NCBI GenBank assembly: GCA_964247055.1 | Contig: OZ176052.1 | Span: 7,192,001 to 7,256,000 of the forward strand | DNA: 64,000 nt | Reading direction: 5' to 3' | From: Paragordius varius | Lineage: Eukaryota; Animalia; Nematomorpha | Shown here: in pieces, positions 61,761 to 64,000 of the stretch | Layout: every line of letters starts with the position of its first letter | Numbering within the stretch: position 1 is the first letter of the stretch | Notes under the pieces: generated by a model | The model's input: only the letters and a program-made list of their open reading frames with translations | Databases searched by the model: none | Told to the model about the DNA's origin: nothing | Position numbers and translations under genes: made by a program

Positions 61761-62269
61761 TTAATGCGTAAAAAAGCCGAGGTTGTATGATAATATGTGA
61801 TAATAAAGGCTAGACTTTGATAGCCTAAAATTTGAAAAAAAATACTTTGTTTAAAAATTTTATTTTTTGGCAAAATTGAGAAACGTATTTTATGATACTT
61901 TAAAATGGAAACATTATAAAAACGTTATAAGATAATATATAAACACGATATAATTCGAGATTCTGAAGATTTTCATCACCTTAGATAATTGAAAGTTTGC
62001 TTTTAAAATTTTTATTTAAAATAAACTTAAAGACGAACGAATTTTTTTGATGACAATTCTGAACTATTTCTTTTTTTCTACGCGATGACATTTTACGATA
62101 GTTTTCTACTCTAGATACTGTTTTAAATGATGTTTAAAATTTAATCATAAAATTCTCTTCTATCTATTAGATAAATTAATTATGACATTTGTGATTCACA
62201 AATATTGAAAGAAAAAAAATTGCGGAGAAAAAGTGAGACATTTTTCTTACATTTTTTTAAAAAAATTGT

Positions 62270-62610
62270 ATCATGCGTCTAAAAGGCTGAAGAGAGCATA
62301 TTTTTAAATTTGGCTCAATGCATAAAATATTTTTTGAAGAAATAAAAATGGCTCTGGGGTAAAAAACTAAGCCAAAAGGTCTATCATTAAGTACGCTTTG
62401 ACAAGATATTGTTAAAAGAGGAAGGTGTGATAAAAAAATTTTTGACATGACTTGGAGGGTTTTAAATCATGGCTTGCTTTCATGTGATAAAATTTAATAA
62501 TAGAGACCTAAGTCAGGCAAGAAAACTTGGGAGGTGATAAAAAATCATATGATCAATTAAAACTTAAAGATTTTCCAAGTGTGGTGTAGGTTACACTTGA
62601 TAGAATAAAA
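62270..62610 (+). pseudogene. Possible decayed non-LTR retrotransposon C-terminal fragment
   Basis: Stop-ridden frame containing FDMTWRVLNHGLLSCDKI, reminiscent of the Tx1/L1 zf-RVT WR..H..L motif. Confidence 0.25.
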
Positions 62611-63710
62611 AATATGGATAAAATTATTTGTAAAATATTTATTTATATAATTTAGGTTTTATATGTATAAAACCTTTGTTAATGCTATAAAATGTTTGAT
62701 AATTTTTTGCTAATTTACCTACACAAATTAGGTAACTACAAAGGCGAGAAAATTCTGCTAAAGCAATACATATAAAAATGTGCTAAATTTAATTTCTATG
62801 AACCCGTAAAAAAATAAAAATATCATAGAATTATTAAATATTAATTATTTAAAATTGTCAAATCTTCGTTTTACATAAAATAATTAAAGCTATACTTCAC
62901 CATTAAAACATTTAAAGATTATACGATCATAAATTTATTTCTGTAATGTTAATATAATCAATTAAAAATAATATGTTGTATAAACAATTGGACTCTTAAC
63001 AAAATGAATAGTGTGGTAAAATAATAGAGTGTTTAAAAGTAAATGGTTTCTTCAACTTTAAAATTTCAGTTACCTGGCTCAATGTTAAAAAAATCAATTT
63101 AAATAAGATACGTGCCATTGAGTTAAAACATTTGAATAAATGCATATTGTCTTGATTATTTAACTTTTTGTGCCTTATTTCGTAAGTTTTGGCTGAAAAC
63201 GATCAAAAAGATTTCCGTATATGAATTGGGTGGCGAAATTAAGCAAAACACTTGACTTAATCGTTTTTTTATCCCCGATCTAGAAGTGTACTGCTGGCTT
63301 AAGTAAACTTGTTCAATCTAGCTTGACTTACGAGTCAAGTTGGACTTATGACCCCAACCTAAATATTTGAGCAAAGATACCATTTTTTCAAAAATAACTT
63401 TTTTCTGATGTGTATAGTATATTAGATATTGCTATGGCACTATCTCGTATATTTATGTTTACACTAAGAAAACTAGCTTACTTTGAGGGGCTAGGACGCG
63501 TAACACTTTTGAAGACCATTTAACAAATATATGTGGAATTACTCTTTAACACTTCAAATGTAATTGTAACTGGTGACTCTAAATCATCTTTAAAAATATA
63601 TTATTAAAAATTTACCGATTGGCTACAGTTAAAATTTTTGATTAATCCTAATAAATATAATAAGCCAAAATATTTAAATAAAATTTAGTTTTTAAAAAAC
63701 CCCACATTTA

Positions 63711-64000
63711 CACTTGGATACAACACATTCATTTTAGTCCTTCGATTCAAATTGGGTTAGTTAAATACCCCAAGCCTGTTTAATATTAAATTCTTTAAAA
63801 AATATGGAAGGAATATAAACCATGGCAAAATCTTGGTCTTATATAACATTAATAAACCGAAATATATAAAAAATTTTATTCAAAAATACTTGATACTACT
63901 TATTATAAGCTAAATCCGAAAGGTAAAAATTTGGTCTCAACGTGACATGTGTGCAATGGTAAAATTGAAGAATAGTATAAAATAAACACCTTTTTTTATT
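63711..64000. mobile_element. piggyBac-type MITE, left part (runs off the window)
   Basis: ttta|cacttggatacaacacattcattttagtccttcgattcaaattggg, as in the other copies. Confidence 0.8.

Overview
Very AT-rich, transposon-dense eukaryotic (animal-like) genomic DNA read in the standard genetic code; there is no prokaryotic operon, CRISPR array, rRNA or tRNA. By hand splicing I reconstruct four complete host genes. One is a divergent 9-exon PWP1 WD40 gene on + (9076-15031, 486 aa). The other three are a tandem array of paralogous 9-exon genes on - (15702-26426, 28604-43187, 46291-58353) encoding unrecognised secreted proteins of 331-353 aa with four conserved Cys and a possible internal repeat. 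The most striking signal is GT-AG introns of only 21-27 nt (PWP1 intron 1, four in a Chapaev3 transposase gene, one in paralog 2) coexisting with kb-sized introns. At least two of the long introns shrink to about 36-40 nt once an inserted transposon is removed. Also present: minimal type I hammerhead ribozyme motifs inside introns; a near-intact Chapaev3 element with ~560-bp TIRs; three decayed hAT-Blackjack elements; a near-intact hAT-Buster/Charlie element; a Helitron nested in a hAT MITE; a self-nested piggyBac-type MITE; and several MITE families whose arms are built from 21-bp tandem units. Organism identity (e.g. a myxozoan- or dicyemid-like parasite) is inference only. All gene models are manual and need RNA-seq confirmation.
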